Assembly (NCBI GenBank): GCA_028534125.1
Contig: CM052816.1
Coordinates: forward strand, 38,442,001 to 38,506,000
Length of the DNA: 64,000 nucleotides
Origin: Lama glama
Taxonomy: Eukaryota
Direction: 5' to 3'
Shown piece after piece: positions 50,261-61,630 of this stretch (its first letter is position 1; each line of letters opens with the position of its first letter). The notes below the pieces were generated by a model. That model worked only from the letters and a program-made list of their open reading frames with translations. It searched no databases and had not been told where the DNA came from. The translations under genes and the position numbers were made by a program.

Positions 50261-53200
50261 ACTGATGATAAATATAGAAATATATAGAGAAGCACAGACT
50301 GAGTCGGAAACATCAGTCAGGATTCAAATAAGAAGGTATGGAGGCCCTTATAGACCTCATCTTCAAGTAAGGCTGGGCTGAAGAGACAAGAATAGTGGGA
50401 GAGAGGATCATCACTTCCAGCAGTACAAACTGTCTCGTGTGTTCAGGTATAAATCTCTGTTAACAAAGAGAAAATGCATCCTGCCAATGGGATCACAGCT
50501 TCTGGTGAAGTCATTCCTATAAGAGCAGAAGCTTCTAACACTCCAACATAACTGTAAACTTTCTATTAATAAAAAAACTCGGTTGCATTTAAATATTTTC
50601 AGGTGGTTGTGAGAATATTTTCAGGAGATTTTTAAAAAAGACCTAATGTTATTACAGGTCATTTTATTATCATTCTTATCGAGTCCCATATCTCTTTACT
50701 CTGTAAAACAATATAATTCTGTCTCCTTTAAAACAGTTTCTTCAAGCCAAGCATTCTGAACATCATAAATGCTTTATTCCACATAATTCAGATAAATAAA
50801 TGTATCAGACATGCAGGAAGTACTTGGTTTACTGAGTAACGAGTCTCTATCTGAACCAAAATATAAGAAGTGTCCCCGCACCAAGGACAGGACATTCATG
50901 ATGAAGGAAGCAAGGGCGAGGGCCTCAGCCTCACTGCCTCCTGCAGACACTTCCTCGCTCTCTCACCTCCCACTACTCATTCATAAAACTATTCCGTCTC
51001 TCCTGATGTTCCCTTCCTCTTACGGGTAAGAAATTGTGGGATTTCATCAGGTACTAGAAACTCAGGCCTTCCGAGTCTACTTTAATATATAATACTAATA
51101 ACACTAATTTGGTAGTAAAAAGTTAGCACTGTAAAGGCACGGACATTGTTGTAATCACCTCTGTACTCCCAACTTCTGGAACAATGTCTGGTCTAGAACA
51201 ACAAGCACATGACGAATGTTTATTACATAAATCAATGAATTAATAATATTAGACCTACTCTTCTATAGAATAAACAAATGGAGCAAAATAAAGAAAATGT
51301 AGGTTAACCTTCCTGTGTTATAAAACACATCATTTTTTCACTCAGAAACCTAGACTTCAGAGAACCCAGAGTGGCATATCCGCAAGCTCAAAAGCTGTAG
51401 TCAGCCCCTCGACACGCTTCCTGTCCCCTTAGAGCCTGAGTTAGGGTGCCCTTGAAAGTTATCCAGAGTGAGAGAGGGTGCCGATGGATGTGAAGTTTCT
51501 ATCCAACCAGGCATCAACAGTTTTGGAAATAAGGAAAATCACAAGACCATCCAAAAACAGAAAGAGTACATTTTAGGAGGCAGAAGAAAATGTATTCCTT
51601 TCTACTATAGATATGTTTATAAATTGTGGGAATAGCTTTCCTACCACCAAAGACCCAGAAACCTGAAAATCTCTCTCTCAAATTAATCATAACTTAGGGA
51701 AAAAAAATCTCATCACAGATATTGTAGAACCTCTAATCTAGTGCCTTTTAAAAAAAATTTTGCTGGGTACAAGATTATTAACAGAGCAATACACCTAGAC
51801 TAGCCTGTCAGACAGGGGTCTCCAGGCCTTCAATGTTGCTATTAATAGCTAGGGACGTTCAGAGCCTCTTACTTATTTCTCTCTCATTGTTTGCACCTGA
51901 TGTCAACCTAGTCAGAATGATTTGTTTAAAATACTAACTCAGCAGGCACCTCAAGAAGTAATGTGGAATGTATAAACCCGGCCTGCCTAATTTCGAGAGA
52001 AATGCATATTAATGTAAAATGACTGTAAATCAAAAGCTATTTCATTTTCGAAGGTAGTGTAAAAGCCAAACCTGTTTGAAACCATAACTCAGCTGTCATA
52101 ATCTCTTAGATATACCACTGACCTTCCTTAGAACTTTCTGTCATATAGAAGTGAATGAATCAAGGGGAGCAACATTAAATCCCACGGCATTACTGAGAGC
52201 CACGTACCTGAAGGTGATTTAGCTCCCTTGAGCAAGTCCTTAACCACAAGTCCCACTTTCCGAGATACAGATTCCTTGTGCTATACATGTGCATACATTG
52301 GCATAAAATGCATTCACCGTGTGGACTTTAAAAAGAGATTCATTGTGAATTCCATGCCTGTGCTCACAGAATTTTTTCAATCAATATTGAACTCAATGCT
52401 CCAGTGTTTTCAAGAAACAGCTGAAAGATTCTGTATTGTAATTCCTGAAGCCACATTGTCTGATTAACTTGAGAATGTATATTTTCTCTCGGTATTTTAC
52501 ATTTATTATTAATAAATAGCAGTAGCTAACATGATTGCTTGGCTGCCTACCTCTCTAAAATGAATTATTCTATTAAAATTGTGACTTTCAATGTTAAGCC
52601 TGAGGTAAGAAATGGGCTTGAATTCAAAATCATATTACCGATATAAGGACTGGTGCTAGGGATAAAAAAAAAATTTTTTTTTTGAAATAAGTATTAAAGA
52701 ACAATCTGCCTTCAGAACTTACGGGACTTTTAAACTGGAAGGAAGTAAATGATACTTATTAGGCTTGCAATTTGCCGTGGGATTTTCAATGAGGAGCTGG
52801 TGGGGTTTCTATGGACAGTAATTACTTTATCATTACCTCCTCCCAAAGGTATGAAAGGACTAAATTGTTTCTTTAAAAGCTTTTTAAACTATATTAGAAT
52901 CTCTTATGATTGTGGATGGAGGAGGGTAAGATGTGAAATGTAGAGACCCCTGTCAGAGCTTCGAACAACTATAAGAAACTACTACAAAGGCTGGATCCAT
53001 GTTCCCCGCCCCACGACTTTCTCCTGATGAATATCTGCTGAGCTCTAAGAGTCTGAGGGATCAGTAGAAGAAAACCGTTCATTTTACAGTTGAAGAAGAA
53101 TTGATTCTTTAAAGGTAAGCTTACTCTCTTCACAAGTAAAAATAATTTTTAAGAATCATTTCTATTATCTAATACAAAGACTGAAATTATGAAGTCCTTG

Positions 53201-54779
53201 GTTCTATTTAAAACTCTACTGATAATATTCTGGGTGAATTGCTCTGTATCTCAATTTTTTACTTATAAGACTTACATGTTAGGTAATTAAAAACTAAAAA
53301 TGAACACTCTGCATACAGTAAATGCTGAGTTTCTACCCAAAAAACATGTATTAAAGCATGATTTCAAAATATTTGTATAATTAATAAATGATCAGTATTT
53401 TTTTATGTGTACAGGGCACTATAATAATATGATGAATAGTACTTTTTAAATGTATAGTCACTGACTTCACAAATGTTACAATTTATACGGTAAAGCCAAG
53501 TTTCTAATGGTTTCATTCATGCTTCCAGAGTCATTTACAGACTGACCACAAATAACTTTCTAACAGCCTTAGAGCCTTCCTTCATGCTGGGCAAACAGAA
53601 GCCTGCCACAACAGGCTGGGTCACTTTTAAGGAACTTCAGCATCACTTGACATAGTTTTTCTTGAGAAAGGTAACACTAGGCAGGTAGCTCCCTTTTCAC
53701 ATCCCCAACTCTTGAGCTCTTTAAAGCTCTTACATAGACATCGGTTTCAATAAACTAAAAGTTGTAAGAAAACAACTACTCTAACTGTTATATCAAACCT
53801 GGAGATATTTCTTCTGGTCACTAAAATCCGTCAGTTTAGTAACCCACCTCATCTTCCCGACCTCAGCCTCCTAACACCCCTCTAGTGCACCTTGTTGCCT
53901 GGAACGAAAATAACACACAAGCAATTCCTGGCCCTCACTGGATCCCCAGCCACACGCCCTGCTTTTATGAGCATCATCGCTGCTCCCACATCTGAGGACT
54001 CCTCTCATATTTACGCTAAAGAAGAAAAAAAATTAAGCCATCCCCATAGCAACTACTGCAGAAAGCTGCCGCTAAATCCTACCTTATAGGACTTTTTCAC
54101 AAAATGTGGCTCTGTCTCTGACTGGTGGGTAGATGTTTAAACTTTATGTTATTACCATTGATGGCAAATTAGAAGCCAGCCACACCTCAAAAGGGGGGGG
54201 GGGAAGCAAATACTTGCCTTATATCTTAAACTCTTTCTCCTGAAAAAGAAGTCATTTAGGTGTGGGTCATTTCAAATATGTAAAGAGGAATAATTAGAAA
54301 GAAAGAAAATGGGATGTTAGGAAAGGTGTTAGGAAAATACTTAGGTGAGTATAACTTTTTTCAAGAGCATTTATACAAGACACTGCAAAGAGTGTAAGAC
54401 AAGTATCCTTTGCTTCTGGAAACTTCTTAATTATCAATCACCAAATTTTGTAAGTTCCCGAGGTACCTAAGTCACCTAAGCCATGAGATAAAAGATGATT
54501 TGTAAGATATAAAATGAAATATAAAAACTGTTATGTCTCAGTGAAGGGACTACATTCCTGGTGAGGAAGAGACTGAAGGACTGAAGTGTGGGGAAGATGA
54601 CTACAGAGATAAACCTTCCACGTTCTCATTGATGCATAAAGGAAATCTGTATCAGAAACAACAGTAGCTGCAAAGAATATCTACTGATATGATATTTTCT
54701 TTAGTTGAGAGCTGAGTTACAGGATGCGCATCTCATTCACTCTCATTATTTAAAAGGCCACCTGTATTTCGAGAACCTC

Positions 54780-56050
54780 CCTAAATTCTACTTCTATATG
54801 AGAGATTTCATCAGAACTCCATATCTATATCTCTAACATCTACTGGACATCCCAAAGGATGTCAAAACACAACTCACACCCAATAGGTCCAACTATTGAC
54901 CTCATCAATTTTACTACTGGCCCATTCTTACTTATTTAGGCAGTCAATCGTCACCAACTCATTTACCCAATATTTATTCAGCAGCCACTACGCGCTTGGC
55001 ATTGTTCTAGCTGGGGACACAACAGAGAAAAGACTTGCACAAATGCCTTACCATAAGGAGTTTATATTCTAGTGGATATGTACAAAGTAGGACAAATAAA
55101 ATATGACAGATAATGATAAATTCTAAAAACAAAGATGGATGAATTGGGAATTCAAAATTGTACCTACTGGGGAGTGATGGAAATGTTAGCTATCTTGATT
55201 GTGGTAGTAGTTTCACTGGTGTATATGTCTATCAAAATTCATCAAATTGTACATTTGAAATATATGTAGTTAATTGTACAGGAACCATACCACAGTAAAT
55301 GTGTTAAAAATAAATAAATAAGAAAAACAAAGAAAGCAGGAAATGGGGAGGTGTTTTAGATTGGGGAGTCACCTCATAGAATATGATCCTCTTCCTGTGC
55401 TTTTTTTGTCTCAGTATGTTACCAACACACACTCAACTGCCAATCCAAAGACAAAGGTGATTTTTGATGTTGGAATTATTCTATATCCAAAATAACTCTC
55501 AATTCATTCAATTATATCCTTCCCACTGTTATGACATTAGGTCAGCCTGACATTATCTTTTGCCAGAATAACTGCAAAAGACCTCTGAAAGGTCTCCCTA
55601 GCTCCAGTCTTGCACAGCTTGAATCCATTTTTCATACTGTAGCCAGAGAGATCTTACTAATACATAATCATTAGGACTGCTCAGTTTCCCCCTGGATAAA
55701 ATCCAAATGAGCTACTTTCCTTTTCCACCCCTTCTCCATCACCATCACTCTCTATTTCACGTTGGACTCTCAAGCCATATACTGAGCTACTGACAATCTC
55801 CTGACCTCCTCATACTTTTTCTTGTTTCTACATGCATTATGCATTTCCTTTCTCTGGACTATTTCTCATCCTCTCACCTTCTCTCTCTCTCTCCCTTCTA
55901 TTTTCAACTAGATAAACTCTACTAATTTTTTTATTTAGACATCATCTTTTTTGCAGGGAGATCTGAGACTCCCTGGAACTGATTCCTAGGGCTTCTCATA
56001 GCATATGGTGCCTACACATGTGAGAAACCTTACAATATTATATTGTAATA
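54780..56050. mobile_element. Composite of L2 fragments with a nested L1M 3' end (about 55165-55325, +)
   Basis: L2 motifs 'catctactggacatccc', 'ccatttttcatactgtagccagagagatctt'; L1 terminus 'gtgatggaaatgttagctatcttgattgtggtagtagtttcac...aaaattcatcaaattgtacatttgaaa'. Confidence 0.65.
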
Positions 56051-56654
56051 TAATTGGGTATATATATAATATATATATACCCAATCACTTAAGTGAAAGA
56101 ATGATGCTTTATGATACTAACTTGTGTTTTTTTTCTCCCTCCTTTTTATTCAAATAGGTAGTTGGTGATGTAAATGTTGCTTCAGGGAGAAATGCATCAG
56201 AACAGAAAGGGAAAAAAGTCCATGAATCCTCCTGCTTCTAAAGGATGGAGAGGATTTTTATGTGTAGGCAAAATGACTAGTTTTGCATCATGAAAGAAAA
56301 AGGATTTCCCTGCTACTAGAAAGAAACTATTGTGTCATGGGGGCAGGGAAGGGGTAAAGAACAGAGGTCTGTGGGTCCAAGAGCAAAGAAGACCTGGGCT
56401 TGGCTCCCAGAGCAGAGTCCCTGGGGGTGAATAACTGTGTGGTACATCTCTGCAGATGGACCCACAGGCAGTTTTCAAAGACATCCGTACGCCAAAAGTA
56501 GTATCTGAGAAGTAAAATGCCACTAGATCTGAAGCAGCCATGGGGAGCAGGCTGGTGGGTGACTCAGTGATTTTCTGGAGCACTGGGGACTGAGTGCTCC
56601 ATGTCTTGGCAGCACATGAGAGTAATATTTTTTGGTGGAGTCAGCGTGGAAGCT

Positions 56655-56890
56655 GTGTCTGGCTGTCTACTCAATATCTATCTACTCTTCCACCTTATTA
56701 ACAAGAACCAATCTTCTTCAGCATGTCAATGTGCTTAACAAAAGTCCCTATGATTTCCAACCTTCGTCATAGCTCTGAAAGCTCAACAAGATGTTAGCCT
56801 AAGCCTGGAAAGCTCTGGAAATGCTTCCTGGAAAGCCCAGCTGGCATGCAGACTTTGCCCTTTGCCTTTCCTCGATTCCTTGCAGGTGAC
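56655..56890. mobile_element. LTR33-like ERVL LTR relic
   Basis: 'tgtctactcaatatctatctactcttccaccttattaacaagaaccaatc', 'cagctggcatgcagactttgccctttgcc'. Confidence 0.5.
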
Positions 56891-57314
56891 ATTGAAGACT
56901 GTCTTTGTCACTGTATCATTCCCAACAAAGTACACACAGCATAGTGATCATTTAATAACTATTATTTAATGAGTTAATAAATACATAGGGAAACGTTGCT
57001 TTCTGTAAATGTAAATGATTATTACTTTTGAGCTCTGAGTTTCCCAAAGTACCTAAAATAAAAGAACAGCATTTAGGTCACGTATTCCTTAAGAGTAAGG
57101 ACCTATGTATTAACCATATTAGGTACATTAGCCACACAGAGCCCGATGTCATTTTTTTTATAATTACCGGTAAAACATCAAAATTAATAAATAATATTTT
57201 TAAAACTACTCTGAATCACCTCTTATTCTAATAATATGGGGACTCTGCCTTAGCTCTCAGTGTAATAATCCCCTAGAATTGTCTGCCCACGCAGCTTTTC
57301 CCATGAAAAATCAG

Positions 57315-57731
57315 GTACCAGCCAGGATAGGCTAGTTTATGCAAGAGTAGTCAACAGCCTTCAAGTCTCGGGGATTTACCACCAATAACATTTTTCTCTA
57401 GCTCATGCCAGGCCTACTGCCGGTCCAGGTGGTTTTCCAAAGAGACTCTCCTTCCAGCGCTGGCTGTGTACTCCAGGCTGCTTTAATCTTTGGCACCTTT
57501 ATGTCAACACATGCCTCCACGATCACAACAGCAGGAAAACAGAGTTCTTAAAAATCTCTTATCAGCCCTCACATGTTCTGACAGACAGTGACACATGCCA
57601 CTGCCACCACAACACTCTGCTACAACTAGTCACACAGGTTTGCCCTGTCGTGGGATATGCGGAAGTGCACTCCCAGGCTTCCAAAAGGAGAAGAGAAATA
57701 GACATGATGATTATTTTCAGTCTCTATCACA
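57315..57731. mobile_element. MLT1-like MaLR LTR
   Basis: 'cagccaggataggctagtttatgc...aacagccttcaagtctc', 'tcaacacatgcctccacgatcac', 'gtgacacatgccactgccaccac', end 'agtctctatcaca'. Confidence 0.7.
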
Positions 57732-57773
57732 CACAGGCAATTTTTAGAAGAAACGTTCTCATATCTCTAAAGT

Positions 57774-58286
57774 CAGATGCTCTCAGAATCTTTGGTTTCA
57801 GGATCCCTCTTTACTCTTATAAATTACTGAGGGTCCTAAGGGCTTTTCTTGATGCTGATTTTGTCTGTCAATATTTATCATATTTGAAATTAAAGCTCAG
57901 AAATTTTAAATATATTTATTAATTCACTTTAGGAGAAAAGTAATAAATCCATCATATATTAACATAAATAATTTTTTTAATGAAAAAATAACTGTATTTC
58001 CAAACAGGATAAAAAACAGAGGCGTGGCACTGTTTTACATTTTTGGAAATCTCTTTAGTACCTTTCCTAAATAGAGAACAGTCACATTCACATATCTGCT
58101 TCTGCATTTGGTTTGTTATGATGCCAGGCTTTATGTGGCCTCTGGAAACGTTTTATTGTGTACTCATGAGACGATAAGAGTAGTAAAGGCAAATGACACC
58201 TTAGTATTATCACAAAAATAGTTTGACCTCACAGAACCCCTGAAACGGTTTCTGAGAGTACTCCCAGGACACTTTGAGAAACACTG
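57774..58286. mobile_element. MER119-like hAT-Charlie element
   Basis: TIR-like ends 'cagatgctctcagaat' / 'cactttgagaaacactg'; internal 'gaaattaaagctcagaaattttaaatatatttattaattcac' and 'aatagtttgacctcacagaacccctgaaa'. Confidence 0.75.
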
Positions 58287-59509
58287 CTTTAAGATGGCGA
58301 ATGTGACTGCTCAATGGCACTGCCAGCTGTACAAAGATAAAAGGTTTGCTGCCTATAGTGTCTTCTACTTTTCTTTATTTTCGTTCTAAAACTTTTATTA
58401 GGTCAACTCATTGTGCTTTGATTGAAAAGTATTCAGTGCCTCAATCAGGGGATAAACGCCTTCTGGTTTTTCCAGAAACGATCTCTGAAGAATGTCTCCA
58501 TTATCTTAAATAATAGTATTGTTTTCTTCTTTTGGTGTGCCTTTTCAACCTCCTCAGTGAATCCATCAGTCATTTTCTGATCAGCAGCTGAATAGGCACA
58601 TTTACTTTCACATTCTCCTAAATCCACTTCCTCAAGCCGTCAGGACGCTAAATCTCATAGTCGGAGGGCCTTACCCTTAACACACTCGTTCTTCCTACCT
58701 GTGGGTTTATTATCTTACCCTGTTCTCTGGATGGTCCTTTGGTTTAAATCCTTTTTTTTCCTCAGAACTCAAGGATTCTCTAAAACAATATGAAAATACT
58801 TCTTCCCATCTTTTTTCTAATTAAAATATCCAAATCAACAAATACTCATTGAATATTATATACAAAAGATTCCCTCTGTATGTACAAAAAGTACATACAA
58901 AAGAGTCTACATTTATTCACATAAATGTAAACTGTAGACTCTCAATACTGATTTTAAAGTTATCAAAATGAACAACATACTGGTGTAGAAAATAAGGTTA
59001 AAAGTCAGAGGACAAAAAATAAATATGTTTTGAGTCCCTTTCCTTTTTTGAAACTCAGTTTCTGAATCTGCAAAATAGGACTAAACAGAGAGGTCTCAGG
59101 TGACTGGGAATTCTTTTCTCAGTCGGCCAGGAAATGTACCACTCCTCAGGCCTCCCTGAGCCTTGAGAGAGCTGGGGGGATGAAGGTGTCCTAGGGTCAA
59201 TCCCTTGGGGCCAATGGGACAAAGCACGATGGCTGCCCAGCCCCAGGATGCTGACCAAAGACTCAGGGTCTTCTTCTCTCAACTCTGACAGGGCATTCTC
59301 GGTACTGTGGGGACCAGAGCTGCACGGAAGAAGCTGTGCTTGGCTTGGAGCTCATGCTGTCTTTGATGAAACTGAAACTGTAGGTGAGGATGCCATCTTG
59401 CAAATAAATGCTCATGCCCGCCAGGAAGCCCTCCAAGCAGCCAGTGTCTTTTGAGTTGAAGGGTCTCAACATTCAGCAACTTCCCCTCCCACAGTGGGAT
59501 CTCCATCTT

Positions 59510-60240
59510 CAGAGATCTGAATTCAGATCCCTGCTCTTCCACTCCTGGTTGTGTGGCCTTGTGTTACGTCTCTTAATTCTCTGAACATGAGAGAATAAGA
59601 CATGATACTCTGCACACAGTAAGTGCTTGATACATATTAGCTTATTATTATTATTGTTTTTATATCTCCACTTCTTAACTGCTTTACCTTCATCAAATAA
59701 TTTCTCTAAGCCCCATTCTCCTCAGCTATAAAATTGAGATAATTGCATTTGTTCTCCCAATAGGGATGTGAGAATTAAATAGTAAGGTACTTGGCACACA
59801 CTTAGTATGCTGTAAGTATTGGCTTGTTCTACTTCCATCCATACTTACTGGCCATGTGACTTGCACATGTTACTTCACTTTTCTGAGCCTCAATTTCCTC
59901 ATCTGCAAAATGGGGGCAAATAGTATCAACCTCCTAGAACTGTGAGCATTCAATAAGATGATGTTTAACACACAGTAACTGACAAAATGTGTTAGTATAT
60001 TAGTATTAGTATTCCTGTGGTTATTATTAGTGCTCTTTACTAGCTGTGACCTTGAACAAGCACCAGCTTCCTCATGAAGTAAGATGGAAAAAATCAATAC
60101 CTTTCCCAGTTTTAGTATGAAGAAGAAATGGCTACATCAATGTTCTGTCCTTATCAGCTCTGTTTCCTGGTTCTGTGACTGCAAGCAAGTCCCTTCCCCC
60201 GTCTATACCTCAGTCTCTTCATATCTCTGCTTTATCTGAT
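59510..60240 (+). mobile_element. Cluster of several co-oriented MIR fragments
   Basis: Repeated MIR cores, for example 'tgtgacttgcacatgttacttcacttttctgagcctcaatttcctcatctgcaaaatggggg', 'tttactagctgtgaccttgaacaag', 'tctctaagccccattctcctcagctataaaattgagataat'. Confidence 0.8.
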
Positions 60241-60335
60241 GGATAGGAGGAAATGCTCTGAGCCTGGTGCCTGACCAGGAATGGCGTGAACCATGGAGGG
60301 GCCTGGCCGACCCCTGGGAGAGGAGAGGGACTCAC

Positions 60336-60447
60336 CAAGGAGGAGGAACTTGCACTGTCTGTGTAGAGCTTCCACAAGCATGCACAACAGTCCTGGACTG
60401 GAAGCCCCAGCCCGACAGGAGGGCATCCACAGAAGCAGAACAAACTC
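60336..60447 (-). other. Exon-like 112-nt segment with canonical splice sites, origin unknown
   Basis: Minus strand 'cccatctcccaccctatccag|GAGTTTGTT...CTCCTCCTTG|gtgagt'; translation not recognised. Confidence 0.3.
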
Positions 60448-61424
60448 CTGGATAGGGTGGGAGATGGGGGATGTGCCAAGGCTACAACTGTGGGGGCCAC
60501 CATTCAAGTTCAGCCCCGGAGGGCAACTCTTACCCAACCTCTGCCTCAAAGACCCAGAGTCTTCTGGAAGGACATGTATGACCTGGGCCTCCTCTGTGGC
60601 CTACTTGGGGGACATCCACACCCTTTGGGCTGCATGGAAGAATGGGATATGGACTCGAAGAGCCTGAGTTCAAATCACAGCCCCTTTCCTGATCAGCTCT
60701 GTGAAGAAACCTGTTTTTGCCTGGGCTCTGCTATCAATTAACTATTCCTTTAGACTTCATTCTCTTCAACCAAAAGAAGAATATTTTACTGTTCACATTC
60801 TTTGACCTCTATCATCCTATGATACGAGTCAGGGTCCAACTAACCCAACTATACATCAGCAAATCTCTTGACATATGTTCCCTTTTTCACCATCTCACTA
60901 CATAACTGGTGGAAGCTCTACAAATATTAGTTATCTCATTGTCAATCATCATCTGAAATTCAGAACAAACTCTAGACCAAATATCATACCATGGCTCCCT
61001 GAGAGAAAGAGGGAAGTGTTCATCGCATCCCACAAGATGGCTATTCACAGTTACTCCTTGCAAGTGGTAGAAGTAAACTGAATAGTTAACTTGTTAGTAA
61101 AATGTTTAAAATACTAATAACCATGTAAAACACAGCTGAAACTTGAGAACCCACTACTACCAGATACCACAGCTTATTTAGAGTTTCTTGTAAGGGGAGC
61201 AATGCTTGAATTTTCAAATTCAAATTTTCAGTTTCAACTAAACTATTTTTCTTACTAAATCATTTAAAAATGCAGTTGAAGAGGAAGGAAAAAAAATCTG
61301 GTAATGGAAACCTTAAAATCTAAGAATCATTATGCACCCGTGGTTCACTATCCATAAATCTAAAAGAACTTCCTTAGTATTATAGGTAAGAAAAGCAAAT
61401 ATGAAAGAAACTAACCCAATAATT

Positions 61425-61630
61425 CAGTGGATCACCATCTGTGGAGTCAGAAAGACCCAAATTTGATTCCCACTCTGTCACTTTTAGAGATGCAACACTA
61501 GGCAAGTTACTCAACCTTGCTGAGCATCAGTGGCCTCACGTGTGTGGGGTCCTCCCCATTGGTATGACTGAAATGACACAATGCTTGTACCTAATATATT
61601 TAAGGAATTCAAAATAATTGCTTGACAACA
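61425..61630 (+). mobile_element. MIR SINE
   Basis: 'tggagtcagaaagacccaaatttgattcccactctgtcac...ggcaagttactcaaccttgctgagcatcag'. Confidence 0.75.

Noticed and set aside
58445..58650. Minus-strand ORF LEEVDLGECESK...FFRDRFWKNQKAFIP
   Set aside because: No ATG start or convincing splice sites and no family recognised
59263..59472. Faint resemblance to RTL8/LDOC1 Gag-derived proteins (F..DT..L..F....Y)
   Set aside because: Too few identities and no downstream conserved motifs
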